DNA from: Octopus vulgaris
Lineage: Eukaryota
Assembly: GCA_951406725.2 (NCBI GenBank)
Contig: OX597820.1
Coordinates: 40,486,001 to 40,550,000 of the forward strand
DNA length: 64,000 nt
Direction of reading: 5' to 3'
The translations under genes and the position numbers were made by a program. The notes under the pieces were generated by a model. The model ran no database searches and was not told the DNA's origin. It saw only the letters and a list, made by a program, of their open reading frames with translations. Shown here piece after piece: positions 1 through 16,156 of this stretch; the stretch's first letter is position 1, and each line of letters starts with the position of its first letter.

Positions 1-80
1 TATTAAATTTTATTCAAAAATATTTTACAAAGAATTAACAGTTTTTATCAAAACAATGATATAATTTGTCTATTTGGAAC

Positions 81-288
81 TTATTGCAAAGCTGCATGAT
101 AAACAACATTGTTGGTCTTCCCATTCGGAGTCAGTACAAATAGCTTGTTTCCATTCCCAACCCTTGGACATCCAACATAGAGCTGCTCTGAGAAAAGATA
201 AAGCCCAGTTACTTTCAATGACTGTACCTGGGACCTATTGATTGACAGTGCATAGCTCAATCACACTGGAAACTGAAGACTTTTGAAT
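81..288 (-). pseudogene. Helitron Rep/Hel (PIF1-type helicase) C-terminal fragment
   Basis: Manual minus-strand translation FKSLQFPV*LSYALSINRSQVQSLKVTGLYLFSEQLYVGCPRVG...GKTNNVVYHAALQ* matches the Helitron helicase terminal motifs (QFPvrlafAmTINKSQGQSL...GQLYVacSRV...T.NVVY). One internal stop. Confidence 0.85.
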
Positions 289-780
289 TATCTCCACAAC
301 GACTCGTTGCTCATTAGCATGAATGCCGCCGATTTGCATTGACTTTTTCGAGCCAAGCATAACATGTTGCTCGAGAGAAATTACTCCAGTCTACGATTGT
401 AATTCTACTTTGTAGAGCAGATTCATGCATCATATCCTTTTTTAACATGTCACTTGACCAATAATAAATTATTAAAAGGATGTTATACAGGAACACATGA
501 CTTTTATCACAGTATGACTCGTGACGGATTGATTTTTGCGTTTTACAAAGCTTACAGTGCCAAACTTTTCCGTTAATAATGTCACCACGTGTGATAAAGT
601 CACATGGTGAATTGCAATATTCACAGGTGTACCTATTCATAATTAAACGGCGCCATGCCAACCATTGAAGATTGTTGCTGCATGATTCTGAAAATATGTT
701 GATATTCGACTATTCTTCTTACATTGTTTCACAATTGAGGATGTCCACTCGGGTACAATAAACTGCTGTGCCGCTGGTCT
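289..780 (-). pseudogene. Merlin/IS1595(ISXO2)-like transposase N-terminal fragment
   Basis: ORF 314-661 has CxxC...WHCxxC..KSIR, IYYWS and TIVDWSNFSR..C. A frameshift continues as MQIGGIHANEQRVVVEI, the IGG...VEIDE motif, truncated just before the first catalytic D. Confidence 0.75.
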
Positions 781-2129
781 GCTCGATCGATTTCCAATCC
801 CAAACCAAACTCATTTTGGTGTTATGTAAATTCATTTTGGTAAAGTAAATTAATTTGACTTACTTCCCTTTGCTTATTTAATTAATTATCTCCCCTTAAT
901 TTTTATTTGCTTTTTGTTCAATCGTAATAAAAAATTGGGAATCCAAAATTTCAAGATTGCGTGTCCAGATTCGGCCCGTAATGTTTTTAATTTACTCATG
1001 GAGTCGACCTGATTCCAAAATGGTATAATGTGTTGGACTACGATCTGTAGGAGTAAAGTTGAAAAAGTATGACACACTGATACACTGATATTCGCATTTA
1101 TTATATTAGATATAAAGTGCAAATTTCGTGTGAATATTAGAGAGGTGGATTGTTGATGTAACCATGGTGTTCTGGTGACATGATGACTTCGTTTTCTTTA
1201 TTTGCATTAACTTATGTATATATAATTGTATTGAATAAATGCTAAGCACACATATTAATATATACATGTGTACATACTTTCTTCCATACTGAAATTAATA
1301 CTACATGGAAGACGTCACGAAACGGTCGTTATCCAATGAAAGTCACGTAGTTAAATATCTACTCACTTCCCATACTCCCAGACGTTATGTTTTTATACAT
1401 GCATAATACATGCGCACATACACACACACACATACACACACTCACACGCATACACACACACGTATAAATCTGGTGACGCATCCTTCATGTCAGGTGTATA
1501 CTGTTGATTGTCCTCCCGTCTTTCATTTGCCTTTAATTATACTCTAAGTTTACCACATGATGAAAAAAGAACGATCCATGTAGAGAATGTATTTCTATGT
1601 TGTTGTTTTTTTTTTGTTTTTTTGTGGTAACTAGTTTTTGTTCAGAAGTAAGTTGAACCCTTTGGATTGGTTCCGATTATTGGTTTGAAAGTATCTTCAG
1701 TTTGGAAAAATATGTTTAGAATTAGTTGTCCTAACTTCCTTAAGTGCCAAAATCTATGGTTAGATATGTGTTATTAGGTTGACTTCGTATTTTTAGGAGG
1801 TGTTCTTTTAGAGAGAATTATTGATATGTGTGTTGTTCTGTCGGTTATGTATCTATTATAAACTTAAATTGTGGAATGTTGACCTGAGAAGAAAGGAACG
1901 TAGTGTTTCCTTAGTCAGTACTGAGATTTGTGGTGCTGCGAGAATTGTGTGTTTGTTCTCTTCCAATTAGAAATTTTGAAGTGTGCCTTATGGATAGGTC
2001 TGCATGATATCTAATTTTCATATGTGTATGAGTGTGTGTCTTTACATACACATACACACAACACACAACACACACACTTGTATATATACATACGCACGTA
2101 TGCACAGACATATACACACATTGATTTAT

Positions 2130-2820
2130 GTGAGCTATTGGTAACATGGGACCCTGTACAACCTGTTGCATGGTCGGGTTGTCGGTGACTAAATTTTAAC
2201 CGCCACTAGGTTTTGCTGGTGAGGTGAGATGCTAGAAATCCAATGACACTAAAAACAGGATCTGTCAAAAGAACGGATAAATCAAGTGCAGTTTCAACGA
2301 CTATTTAACAATAGCGCTTGTACTCAGAAATCCTAGGTTGGTGCCTGGTGTGCGAGAAAACCACTAGGATTGAAACATTTCTTGGCTTCTGGTAAAGCAT
2401 GTCTCCGGGGCAAGGTCAATCTGATATGCAGAGAATAGCATTGAAAGATTTAAGGATTGTTTGCCTTCGCTGGAGAAAATAGCGTTCCTACATTCCTGAC
2501 ACTGCAACCCATGTTGGCACTGGATATCTCACACTATATTGCCTCTAGATCATGCCAGTATTGTGGAGAGGTTCTGTAAAACACTGTGCAAGACTTATCG
2601 GACCTAAAACTTCTGCCTGTGCAATCTCCTCACGTGGAGATGAGCACCACAGATAGCATAGAGGCTGTGGACTCTAACCCGGGCGAATTCGACCTCAGGT
2701 GTGGAAAAACTTTGTGAATAAACAATGAAGCACGAATACGTCGACCAATCCAGGTTCAGATGTAGTATAGAAAAGAGGTGACAACATTGATACACACATA
2801 TGGTCTGCATCAAGAGTAAA
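2130..2820 (+). mobile_element. Degenerate retroelement 5' region (RTE-like), head shared with 25388-25907
   Basis: ggtaacatg..tacaacctgttgcatggtcggg..gactaaa...ccac.ag..tt..tggtgagg matches the reverse complement of ~25800-25890. The RTE assignment is inference. Confidence 0.5.
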
Positions 2821-3312
2821 ATTTATGTAAATGTGCACTGAGCAATTGATAAAGGAACATGAAGATGTTCATTGCATGAACGGTGGGAAAATGATCGTAG
2901 AATATTCCATGAAGTACCTCCCTATCCCCTCCCCCTTTCTCTGTATTACTGAGTGTGGTTTACCCGGCTGGTTTAATTATATGACCATACTAGATTTATA
3001 TTCATTTGCCGTGAGGAATTAGATCTATTTACTACTTTAATACAAATATGTAGAGTGAGTTATTTTGTATATATTATAAGTATTCTACATTAAATGTGCT
3101 CAGAAATCACATATGATTTAGATTCAAGTAAATGGAGAACTCCCAGAAAGTTTGTGGTGCATACGTTTTATTTCTATTTCTACATTGACCACAAGTTTCA
3201 TGCCTCTATATATGTGAATGCTTATAAATATTGTTTTAATATATGCATTAGTATATATATACTCGTCTCTCTTTCCTCATATATATATATATATATATTC
3301 ATATTCATATGT

Positions 3313-3606
3313 GGAGGCACATGGCCTAGTGGTTAGAGCAGCGGAATCGCGGGTTCGAATCCCAGACCGGACGATGTGTGTGTTTATGAGCGAAACACCT
3401 AAGCTCCACACAGCTCCGGCAGAAGGTAGTGGCGAACTTCTGCTGACTCTTTCGCCACAACTTTCTCTCACTCTTTCCTCCTGCATCTTGCAGCTCATCT
3501 GCGACGGACCGGTGTCCCGTCCAGGTGGGGAACCTATGCGCCAAGGAAACCGGGAAACCAACCCTTATGAGCCAGGCATGGCTCGAGAAGGAACAAACAA
3601 CAACAA
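3313..3606 (+). mobile_element. tRNA-derived SINE (family C)
   Basis: A box TGGCCTAGTGG, B box GGTTCGAATCC, (AAC)n tail, 12-bp TSD atattcatatgt at 3301-3312 and 3607-3618. Confidence 0.9.
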
Positions 3607-3680
3607 ATATTCATATGTAAATGTAAGCACAGATATAGTTTATATATGTGTGTGTGTGCGTGTGTATGTGTGTGTAAGTG

Positions 3681-3728
<48 letters not shown>

Positions 3729-3730
3729 CA

Positions 3731-3766
<36 letters not shown>

Positions 3767-4369
3767 TTTATAATTATGTGTACATGTATATATGATGGAG
3801 GGGTGTTTTATACATATAAAATATACGCCTCTTTCCAAATACCGCCATGTCCTACCTCTTTTACTTTAATCTTCTCGTATGCACTCCTTCTTTCAACAAT
3901 GTTTTTTTTTTACATTCACTCTGTTTCTGCCTCACACACATTTTGGTTACCTCCCTCTGTAACTTTTACCGCAGCCTTCCTCTGCATTTATAAATGTGCC
4001 TTTTGTAGCTCCTCCTATCGATCGAATATACACACTCACATTCCTCCACATCTATCGCGATATTTCTTCTTTTCATATTCTCTGCTATGAAGTATTTATT
4101 TTCTACTGGAGCTAAAATTAAAACAAGCATACACTAACATACACACACCTATACGTATAGAAGTCTCTCACCGCACATTTTTCGTTGTTTTTTCCCCCTC
4201 TTATTTTAGGTTTTACCTTCGATTATATATAAAATTCAGTTTTTTATAAAGATTCACAGAAAATTAAAATATTTTCAAAAAATACTGTTGTTTAGTACGC
4301 AAGTATACTTACACACACGCGGCACAGTAACGCATACAGACCTAAATATACATATACTTAGCTCATATT

Positions 4370-7490
<3,121 letters not shown>

Positions 7491-7743
7491 TTTATGGGGA
7501 GGAAAAAAGCTGAACACAAATCTCGAAGGACATCAGTTGAGACAGTGAATAACATTGATAGAGAATGTGAAATCAAGGAGATGTACAGCGGAGAAAATTA
7601 CTTTAAAAAATTGTAAGAAATAAATATTAATATAAATTTATACATGATAAATATATAAATAAAATAAACGCATAAACGGATTGAAATAGGAAAGGAGTGA
7701 TGCATGGCATATATGGGGACAGATTCAGTCTGTGTTGTGTGTA

Positions 7744-7881
<138 letters not shown>

Positions 7882-8365
7882 TGTGTATGTGCTATTGTGT
7901 ACTTGCTGCTTGCATGTAACGTCTGTGTTTGTGCAATGTGTATTAGAAATTCTTGTATTTTAGGAGTGTAAGTAGGATTGTGTAGAAGAATCGAACGTAC
8001 ATATCTAATGAGTTAAATGGGGAGGCATGTGCATGTATGTGAGAATGTGAGCAGGGGTGATGTGTTGGTAGATGTGTGTGGATGATATTAGAAATGTAAA
8101 GCGGTAGTGTAAAATATGAGTGAAAATGCTCGGGCTGTGTGCGCACGATTATCAGTGGAATTGAAGCATGTGTATGCGTGTGCATATGTATGAAAACACA
8201 CACATACTCACATACACACACATGCATATGTGCCTATTCGTACATACGACTATATATGAATAAATATATATATACATGTATGTTTCTGACCATGTATACA
8301 CACATATATGCTATATATATATATATCTACACACACATATATATATATATATGTATATGTTTATA

Positions 8366-8429
<64 letters not shown>

Positions 8430-8619
8430 AGAATGTATGTATGTACGTATGTATTTATGTATGGCAAGAAAAATAGGGCAATGTAGAAGTGCATATATAG
8501 GCCTCCATCTATCAATCTATAGAAGGACTCTTCTTATAGAATATATCTGTATACATTGGTAAATACATTTATATATTATTGTTATATTTGTTATACAGAA
8601 ATGAATATTTCTGTATAAA

Positions 8620-9496
8620 AGCAGATGTGAACTTTTGAACACTTCGGGACTCTTACCAAAGATATGCATGTGTCGAGTAAATTTTCGCAGAGTAACAGTT
8701 TACTGAAGATCGATAACAGCATCAATTATTCAAATATAAGCAGCTTGTGTAATGGGTTTGTTCATATTCTTATTAACATGCCGAGAAACTTGACATTTTT
8801 ATTTATTTTAATTATTTTGATCTCCGCTATGTGATTCATGAATGATGTGCCATTAAACACTGTTTGGAAATTAGTCGATCCAACACGTCGCTAGCCTAAT
8901 TTGTGACTGTGTTGGAAACAGTTAATCTATGCTTTTGATTTGGGACGGAAGCTGGTTACTCACATTTTTACTGGATCTTATTCTGTTTTCAATAGTTCAA
9001 TAGTTTTATATTTTTGAATAAATGAAGGTACGGCAGAAAATGGTATACAAAGTGTCTCTGATATTTTCCTGTAACTTTTACCTGCTTTCCACTGTTCAAT
9101 AATTAAGTTTTTCAGTGAATTTGTTAGTCCTTTACTTTTCGCCATTATTACGATACTACTTTATGTTGTCTCAGTGCTGAATGAAGAAGCTAGCGTTTTG
9201 ACACTTAAAAATGACAACTGATAAGATTATTGGAACAAAAGAGAAAGTTCTAATTTTAAAAAAATATTTTAACAGTATTTTGTGGCATCGAAAATCATAA
9301 ATTTATTCTGTACGAATACTTTTTTCACCCCTAAATATTTATGATTGTATATAAATTCATTAGTTACTATAATCTCTTTTGCATATTCTTAGTTTATGCA
9401 TGTGTATACAAATATAGTATTGGTATATCCCATTTATGTTCATTAGAAATTAAATAAATAATTTTGACGAGTACGGATATTTATTTCCCCCCACTG
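8620..9496 (-). mobile_element. Tc1-like transposon 5' remnant
   Basis: Minus-strand TIR TA|CAGTGGGGGGAAATAA at 9498-9481. ATG at 9145 gives MAKSKGLTNSLKNLIIEQWKAGKSYRKISETLCIPFSAVPSFIQKYK, a Tc1 paired-like HTH. Left boundary approximate. Confidence 0.8.
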
Positions 9497-10086
9497 TACA
9501 TACATACATTTGAAAGTGAGAAACAGAGAGAGTCAATATGAGAGGGAAAGGCAGAGAGGGATGAGAATAAAGAGATATATAATGATACAGATCGGGTAGA
9601 TAAACAAAGGAGTGGGGATAAAGAGAGGCGTTAAAGAAGAGAGATGAAGCTGAAAGACTGTGGGAATTAGACGCGTCATGTTGAGACGAATTTAAAAATG
9701 AGAAACCGAGAGAAATGTTTGGAGTACAGTTCTGAGAGTAGCAAGAATAAAGAAGACAAACGGAACAAAGTAAGCATACATAAAAGTTAAAGTAATTAAT
9801 GCGTATCTGATCACATAATTATGCAGAGTGCAGTGAGGAAGAAAGAGTAGTTGATACACACACATGCATACATGTATACGTATCAATATATGAAAGTATG
9901 TGTAGATTAGGCATGTGTGATGCATGTATATATAGATGTGTACACACACACACTTATATATATGTATATATATAACACACACATATATGTATATATACAT
10001 ATATACATTTATATATGTACATACATATATGTATGTTTATGTATATAAATATGTATCTGTGTATGTATGTATATATTTATATATAT

Positions 10087-10414
10087 ATAGCATATCGCCC
10101 GGCGTTGCTCAGGTTTGTAGAAATAACTATATATATAGCCAAAAAATAGCCAAACATGGGAAAAAATGATGGTAAATTTTTTGAAAGTTAAAAAAGGTGG
10201 AGTTGCGTCCCCTAGACGGTCTGTGGTTTGGGTTTATGATTCTCGACCCCATGTCGAATTTATCGATTTTTTCAGAACTGGGGGAACTTTTCAAAATTTT
10301 CGCTGCGTTAGTTTTGAATTATGACATTGGGCTATCACGTTTCATCAGAATGAAAGCCGTGGTCAGAGTGAGGTACAGAAAACAGACACACAGAAAACGC
10401 ACAGACAAACTGCC

Positions 10415-10420
<6 letters not shown>
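10087..10420 (-). mobile_element. Non-autonomous Helitron, same family as 25972-26356
   Basis: High similarity to 25972-26356 with internal deletions; subterminal GC-rich hairpin gcccggcgttgctcagg; both ends merge into (TA)n. Confidence 0.8.
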
Positions 10421-10490
<70 letters not shown>

Positions 10491-10790
10491 GTATGTATAT
10501 ATGTATGTGTGTATGTAAGTGTGTATGAACCGAGAAAAAGGAAAAAAGAGTTAAAGGCGTGAAAGAATGGATATGCTATAATTATAAATATTATCATATA
10601 TCATTAAATTGAAGTAGAATATATAAAATCACTGTGGAAGGCTGAAATAAAACGTCATCAACAGAAACTCTAAGAGTAGAAGCAGCAGCATCACGGCTAC
10701 CGACAGTCTTTATGTAACCAGCAAAAATATATGCAGAATTAGAAGAATAACGTTTTATCTAAAAATAAAATTAATAATAATAAAATTAAA

Positions 10791-10868
<78 letters not shown>

Positions 10869-10872
10869 GATG

Positions 10873-11068
10873 ATGGTTTCAATTTTCCCACAACGGTAGC
10901 AGTTTTGGGGCATCGACCCCACTGTTCAACTGGTGATTATTTTATCGACACCGAAAGGATGAGAAGTAAGTCGACTTCGGCAGAATGTGAACTCACAACG
11001 CAGCGACTGGCGAAATACGGCTATACATTCTGTCCAGCGCGCTAACGATTCTGCCAGCTCACTGCCTT
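10873..11068 (-). mobile_element. SINE family A
   Basis: Minus strand gagctggcagaatcgttagc...gagttcacattctgccgaagtcgac...ggggtcgat; sits between (AAT)n tracts; recurs many times in the window. Confidence 0.85.
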
Positions 11069-11084
11069 AATAATAATAGTAATG

Positions 11085-11157
<73 letters not shown>

Positions 11158-11160
<3 letters not shown>

Positions 11161-11290
11161 TCCCTGGCTTACCATCCCTGCAAGAAGTGCAAAAGATTGT
11201 CTTAACTGGTACATCACACGTATTGAGAAGAGCATTGTCGCTGTGAGAGCTGTTACTGCCCATGTATTTTAAAACCTTAAAAAAAAAAAT
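11158..11290 (+). mobile_element. Short 3' fragment of the Dong/R4 element
   Basis: Nearly identical to 42200-42340 (MIPGLPSLQEVQKIVLTGTSHVLRRALS*); flanked by (AAT)n. Confidence 0.9.
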
Positions 11291-11312
11291 AATAAAAATA
11301 ATAATAATAATA

Positions 11313-11388
<76 letters not shown>

Positions 11389-11419
11389 GGAATGATGGTG
11401 AGGAGGAGGAGGAGGATAA

Positions 11420-11966
11420 GGCAGTACCAGGCAGTGACTCTCGTGGCTTCTGATCTTAACTGATTGGAAGTGTTATCATGTATACTGTTTTGTCTTGGTA
11501 AAAAAGACGGGATGCAGCAAATATTCTGCTCAATACCTCAGATTTGCTTGTGAGTTTTGTGACCTTAACCAATTGAGCATGTCACTTAGTAGCTGACGAT
11601 ATGTGCATCTCTGATCACGAGCAGAAGTTGAGGGGAGTATCAAAGCCATGTGTTGAGAGGGATTCTTTGGGGTTTGAATAATTCACCTCTGGAAACATGC
11701 GTGTTTCGTTCCACATCCTTAAACAACCCTTATTTAGAGACCTTTTGAGCGGGATGGTTTACTCGACCAGAAGAAAATTCTAACTGCACCTCAACTGCAA
11801 GGTCATATGCTGTTTATCTTGATATGAGATCACCATGTCGCACACATACGGTTGTGATGCATGTGCCTGGTGTACCCTTATCAGACGAGTAGTTGTGATG
11901 GGTATACTGGGCTTGGTATATTTTAACCCAGTATCACTTTGATGGCATGCACTGCTCTCTCACTCA
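11420..11966 (+). mobile_element. Interspersed non-coding repeat X with (AAT)n tail
   Basis: First ~300 bp closely match 37300-37636; ends ctctctcactc(AAT)n; no ORF. Confidence 0.75.
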
Positions 11967-13599
11967 ATAATAATAATAATAATAATAACATCAACAATGT
12001 CGACGACAGCGACTATAATGATGATGATGATGAAGAGGAGGAGGGTGATGATGATGGTGATGATGATAATGATGCTTGCCACAGTGGCATCAGAAGTAGC
12101 GTGTCAGTCTCGTTAACCAAAATAATATTAATAAAAATAATTGTCATTTATTGGCAACAGGAATTTTCTATGACTTCCACACCTCTTCAATTAGCGCTTC
12201 TTCTAGTTCTTCTGTACTTCTGTTATTTATTTCCGACCCTCTTCAGCTTTCATTCGATGCTATATTGACTTCTGGCTCCTTGTTATATTTGTAGCACCAC
12301 ATAGGTAGGTGATGAGTGCAGTTATGATATGGAAATATATAACAAGATGTAATATCATCAAAAAATTCTACATTTTTATGAACCTTGAACAACACAAAAT
12401 GTATATAAAAGTATATATAAAAAAACACAATGACGAAAACAATGTAGGACTACAAAAAAGAATATGAACTAAAATTGAACGAAATCTAGTTGAACGAGAT
12501 CGGTCTTCTGCACAATCCTGATCCTCTTGTAATGCTATCTTTTTTTTTGGTATCGGTGTGATCCGTGTTTTTTATTTTACTTATTTATTTATTTATTTTT
12601 TTTAAATTTATTTATTTATTTATTTATTTATCTATTTATTACTGCATACAGGGAGCCCATTTCCTTACTAACCTGTATTGACTATGAGAAGGTGAGTGAC
12701 AAGCTTATACTTACACATCTTAGTCGCTTTCTCCCTGCACACTTTCGGCAATTCTTATGTAAAAACTCCAAGAAATAAAATACACAGGTTAGCATTTTGA
12801 GGAACTGAAGATGTCAGGAGGCACCTTAAGTGAAATGCAATAATATCAGATAATACTTTAAGAAACATAGTTGAACGAAACACTCAAGAAATACAAAACA
12901 CGATGTCTTTTATGATGCGAATCCATATGCACATTGGGCAAACCGGCTGCATGCGCTGATCATAGCACATCGCAGTCATGATTACATATTAATCTCCAAC
13001 ACTTTGATGTACTGTTTCGGCCTAATTCTTAAATCATTCCTCCAGAATTCTTTAGTCAAAATGAAGTGTTAAATTCCTCGGTGTCTTTTACCAGCAATTC
13101 AGTTATTTGTAGTAAGGGCTTCATAGACTCAGCCTATGCCTTTCACTCCAATCTGCACTCAGTCTCCAAATTCGTTTTGCATGTTATCTAATTCTGTTAA
13201 CAGTAATTTCTTGATTATGTTAATTGCTGTGATCTTTCTTTCCAAGAATGAAGTGGCTTCATGTTCACAGGAGAATCCTCCCTCCACAGGGGATAAATTT
13301 CGCTTCACGTGATAAGAGGCACTCCTCGCATGTCTTGATTACGTTGATGAGATCGATTTTATTTTTAATTTTTTAGTTGGTGACATTTTACGCCTTAAGT
13401 TTATTTTCCTTTTATCTTCTGTAAAACAATACCAATCCGATTAAACCTGCATCTAGTCTCCATCGTCGCAGGTAGAAGGTTGAGCTTCCTCTGGGCCCCC
13501 ACTGATATTGCTGTCATTGACTATTTACTCGTTCAGGCTGTCCCTTACTGTCACTATTTGTTTTGACTGGACAAAGTGTCCTTCGTAATTCCACTCAGA

Positions 13600-14000
13600 T
13601 TCTAAGTATAAAGGATTTCTTCCACTGTCTAAGAGGATGCTCGTGATGCTTCATTATATGCAGCCACCTCCGTAGTCTAATACTGTGCACTTCTTTCACC
13701 TCTTCTGTACTTGCATGCCTTTTAATACCAAATGTGTAGCAGCTGGGATTATCGCTGCGTGTGATAAATCTTACTGTTTTTCTTTTTGCATCTAATACAG
13801 TATATACCTCTGGGTTTGTTTTGTGGTCTTGTGGAGTTATGAGAATTTGTGCCCCATTGTGATATTCTGTCAGAGAAACCTTATTTTTATGAGGTTTCTG
13901 ATGTTGCCATATTATTACTCTCTGACTTAAATGCTCCACCAATGAAGTGTTCTTGTTTCTCAAGGCTGAAGACTATGAGATCCAGTTGCTTCTTCTAGGC
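13600..14000 (-). mobile_element. Possible highly decayed LINE fragment
   Basis: LDAKRKTVRFI...IRLRR weakly resembles the post-RT region of CR1/Jockey-type LINEs. Confidence 0.25.
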
Positions 14001-14345
14001 ATACGTTGACTAAGTGCTTTGGATACATTGCTACTGTGGTAAATGATACGGTATGGTCATTCAACGATGACCATACTATGTTTTTTTTCATATGTATCAC
14101 ATTACTCACTGTGTCGTACTCGATCATCTTAGAGGAGCTGAGCTTGTGTGCTTTAAAGGCTATTTCACTTTACTCTCAGCAGAACAGGCAACCACGTAAG
14201 AAGTTGCATAATTCTAGAAAAACTTTTTGCAAAAAAAGAAAAAGAAAATGAACGTAAAGTGTACTGTATGTAATAGTGATACAGTTTAGCACAGACCAAC
14301 GTTTCTTGACTAGACCTATGCTCAGAAACATATCTGCAATAACTA

Positions 14346-15602
14346 TCAGGCTGAGTAAAAAGTAAGCAACGTTTTGAAACAGGAAATTCCTCACAATATA
14401 TTTTAATAATGCGGAAATTGTATTCATCAAAGTAAGTACACTTTTACCAACGAGTTACAAGTTTGTTTATTCTGGTAACATAAAAATCTGAAGTTTTGGA
14501 TCTGATGAATTTTTTGAACGCAATTTCAGTATCAGTTTGATTTTTTAACTCCTTCTCTCGCAGGAAATCATCATGATGTTGAAAAAGTGATAGTTGGTAG
14601 GAAAAATGTCTGGGGAAAAAGCTGAGTGGGGAGGAATTGCATAACCAAGTTCCTTCATCTCCTGGAGCGCCATTTGTGAAAGGTGTGGTCGAACATTGTC
14701 AGGAAGAATGATTGGCCCTTTTCTGATGACCAGTCTGAGATGAGCAGTTTTTCGTTCATTTTGACTATTTCATGGCAAAATGTTTCTGCACTAATGGTTT
14801 TTCCGGGTTTTAAGAAGATATAGTGGATGAGTCCTGCAGTGCGCCACCAACCAGTCACCATAACCTTCTTTTGAAGAGCTCGGTTTTAGGGAAGGTTTTC
14901 AGTGCTCCATTTTGGTCCGAGAAGTGTGAAGAACATATTTTTTATTATTATACAGAATCCACTTTTCGTCGCAAGTTACGGTCGAAAAATGGATCTGTCT
15001 GGTTACGGAGAAGAAGCGACAAGCAAATTTCATATCTGTGCATTTTCTGATTTTCATTCAAATCGTGTGGTACATATTTATCGAACTTCTTTGATTTTCC
15101 GATTGCATTCAAATGGTTGCCGGCAGTTTTCTGGCTAACTTGAAGTTCTTTTGCCAGTTCTCGAGTGGTTTTACGTGAATGTTTCTCAATGACGGTCTCT
15201 AAGTAACCGTCATCACTGACAGATGGGCTTCCACTTAGCTCACGGACTTCAAGGCTCAGGTCTCCACTGCCAATTCGTTTAAACCATTTTAGAGCTGACC
15301 ACTCGCTGGTCATTTCCTCACCAAACGTTTCGTTGGCATCGCGAGCAGCTTCAGCTGTTTTACGTCCTTTTTTGAAGTTGAATAGCAAAATTGCTCAAAT
15401 ATCGCGCTTTGACAGTTTCATTTCAGTTTATTGTAAGAACGGTGAAAAAATATCAATGTTAATTTATTGATGCATTTGAGCAAGTCTATGTCTGTATTAG
15501 CAGACAACTGCAAAATTTCTTTAAAAAATATTTAAAACTCTGCAAAAGTCCGATACAAATTCTTCGTGGTTCAAAACGTTGTTTACTTTTTACTCAACTT
15601 GA
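14346..15602 (-). mobile_element. Full-span mariner element, ~1.26 kb, disrupted transposase
   Basis: TA-flanked ~30-bp TIRs (TCAGGCTGAGTAAAAAGTAAGCAACGTTTTG and its inverse at ~15572-15602). ORFs show HTH (WFKRIGSGDLSLE), YVPHDL (WVPHEL variant) and MVTGWW...GLIHYIFLKPGKTISAE. Confidence 0.92.
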
Positions 15603-15896
15603 TATATCGTCTTGCCTGCTTTTATATTATGTAATGAACTTTTCCGTAGTTTTAGATATTTACTGTTAACATGAGAGAGATCCTTGGCTGCTATACTAAA
15701 TAGGTCGAGTAATAATACTGAAACATCTCCTTCGTATTGTACAATTTATTTGTTTATATGATTATCTGAGTAGATATAATAGTAACAGTGGCAGTGGCGA
15801 TGGCGATAGAAATGGGGGAGATGGTGGCAGTGGTGGAGATTGTTGTATGGTGATGGCATCGATGTTAGTATGGTCTTTTCAGTGAATATAATAATG

Positions 15897-16103
15897 ATTT
15901 CAAATTTTGGCACAGAACCAGCAATTTCGGGTTCCAGGGTTAAGTTGATTACACCAACCCCAGTGGTACTTATTTTATCGGCCCCCTACAGGATGGAAGG
16001 TACGGTCGACCTCGGTGGAATTTAAACTCAGAACATAAAGACGGACGAAAAGCTGCTAAGCATTTTGTCCGGCTGGCTAACGATTCTGCCCGCTCGCTGC
16101 TTT
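15897..16103 (-). mobile_element. SINE family A with 18-bp TSD
   Basis: TSD tcagtgaatataataatg at 15879-15896 and 16107-16124. Confidence 0.88.
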
Positions 16104-16156
16104 AACTCAGTGAATATAATAATGGTACTTTTTTATGAATATAATAATATAATAAT

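Larger units (their letters stand above)
1..1110 (-). mobile_element. Non-autonomous Helitron derivative (5' end near 1110, runs off the left edge of the window)
   Basis: Minus strand reads A|TCTAATATAATAAATGCGAATATCAGTGT, a typical Helitron 5' TC terminus. The helicase C-terminus lies downstream on the same strand. Confidence 0.55.

Noticed and set aside
1300-1332. tggaagacgtcacgaaacggtc as a hammerhead
   Set aside because: No CUGAnGA core and no valid stem II or stem I.
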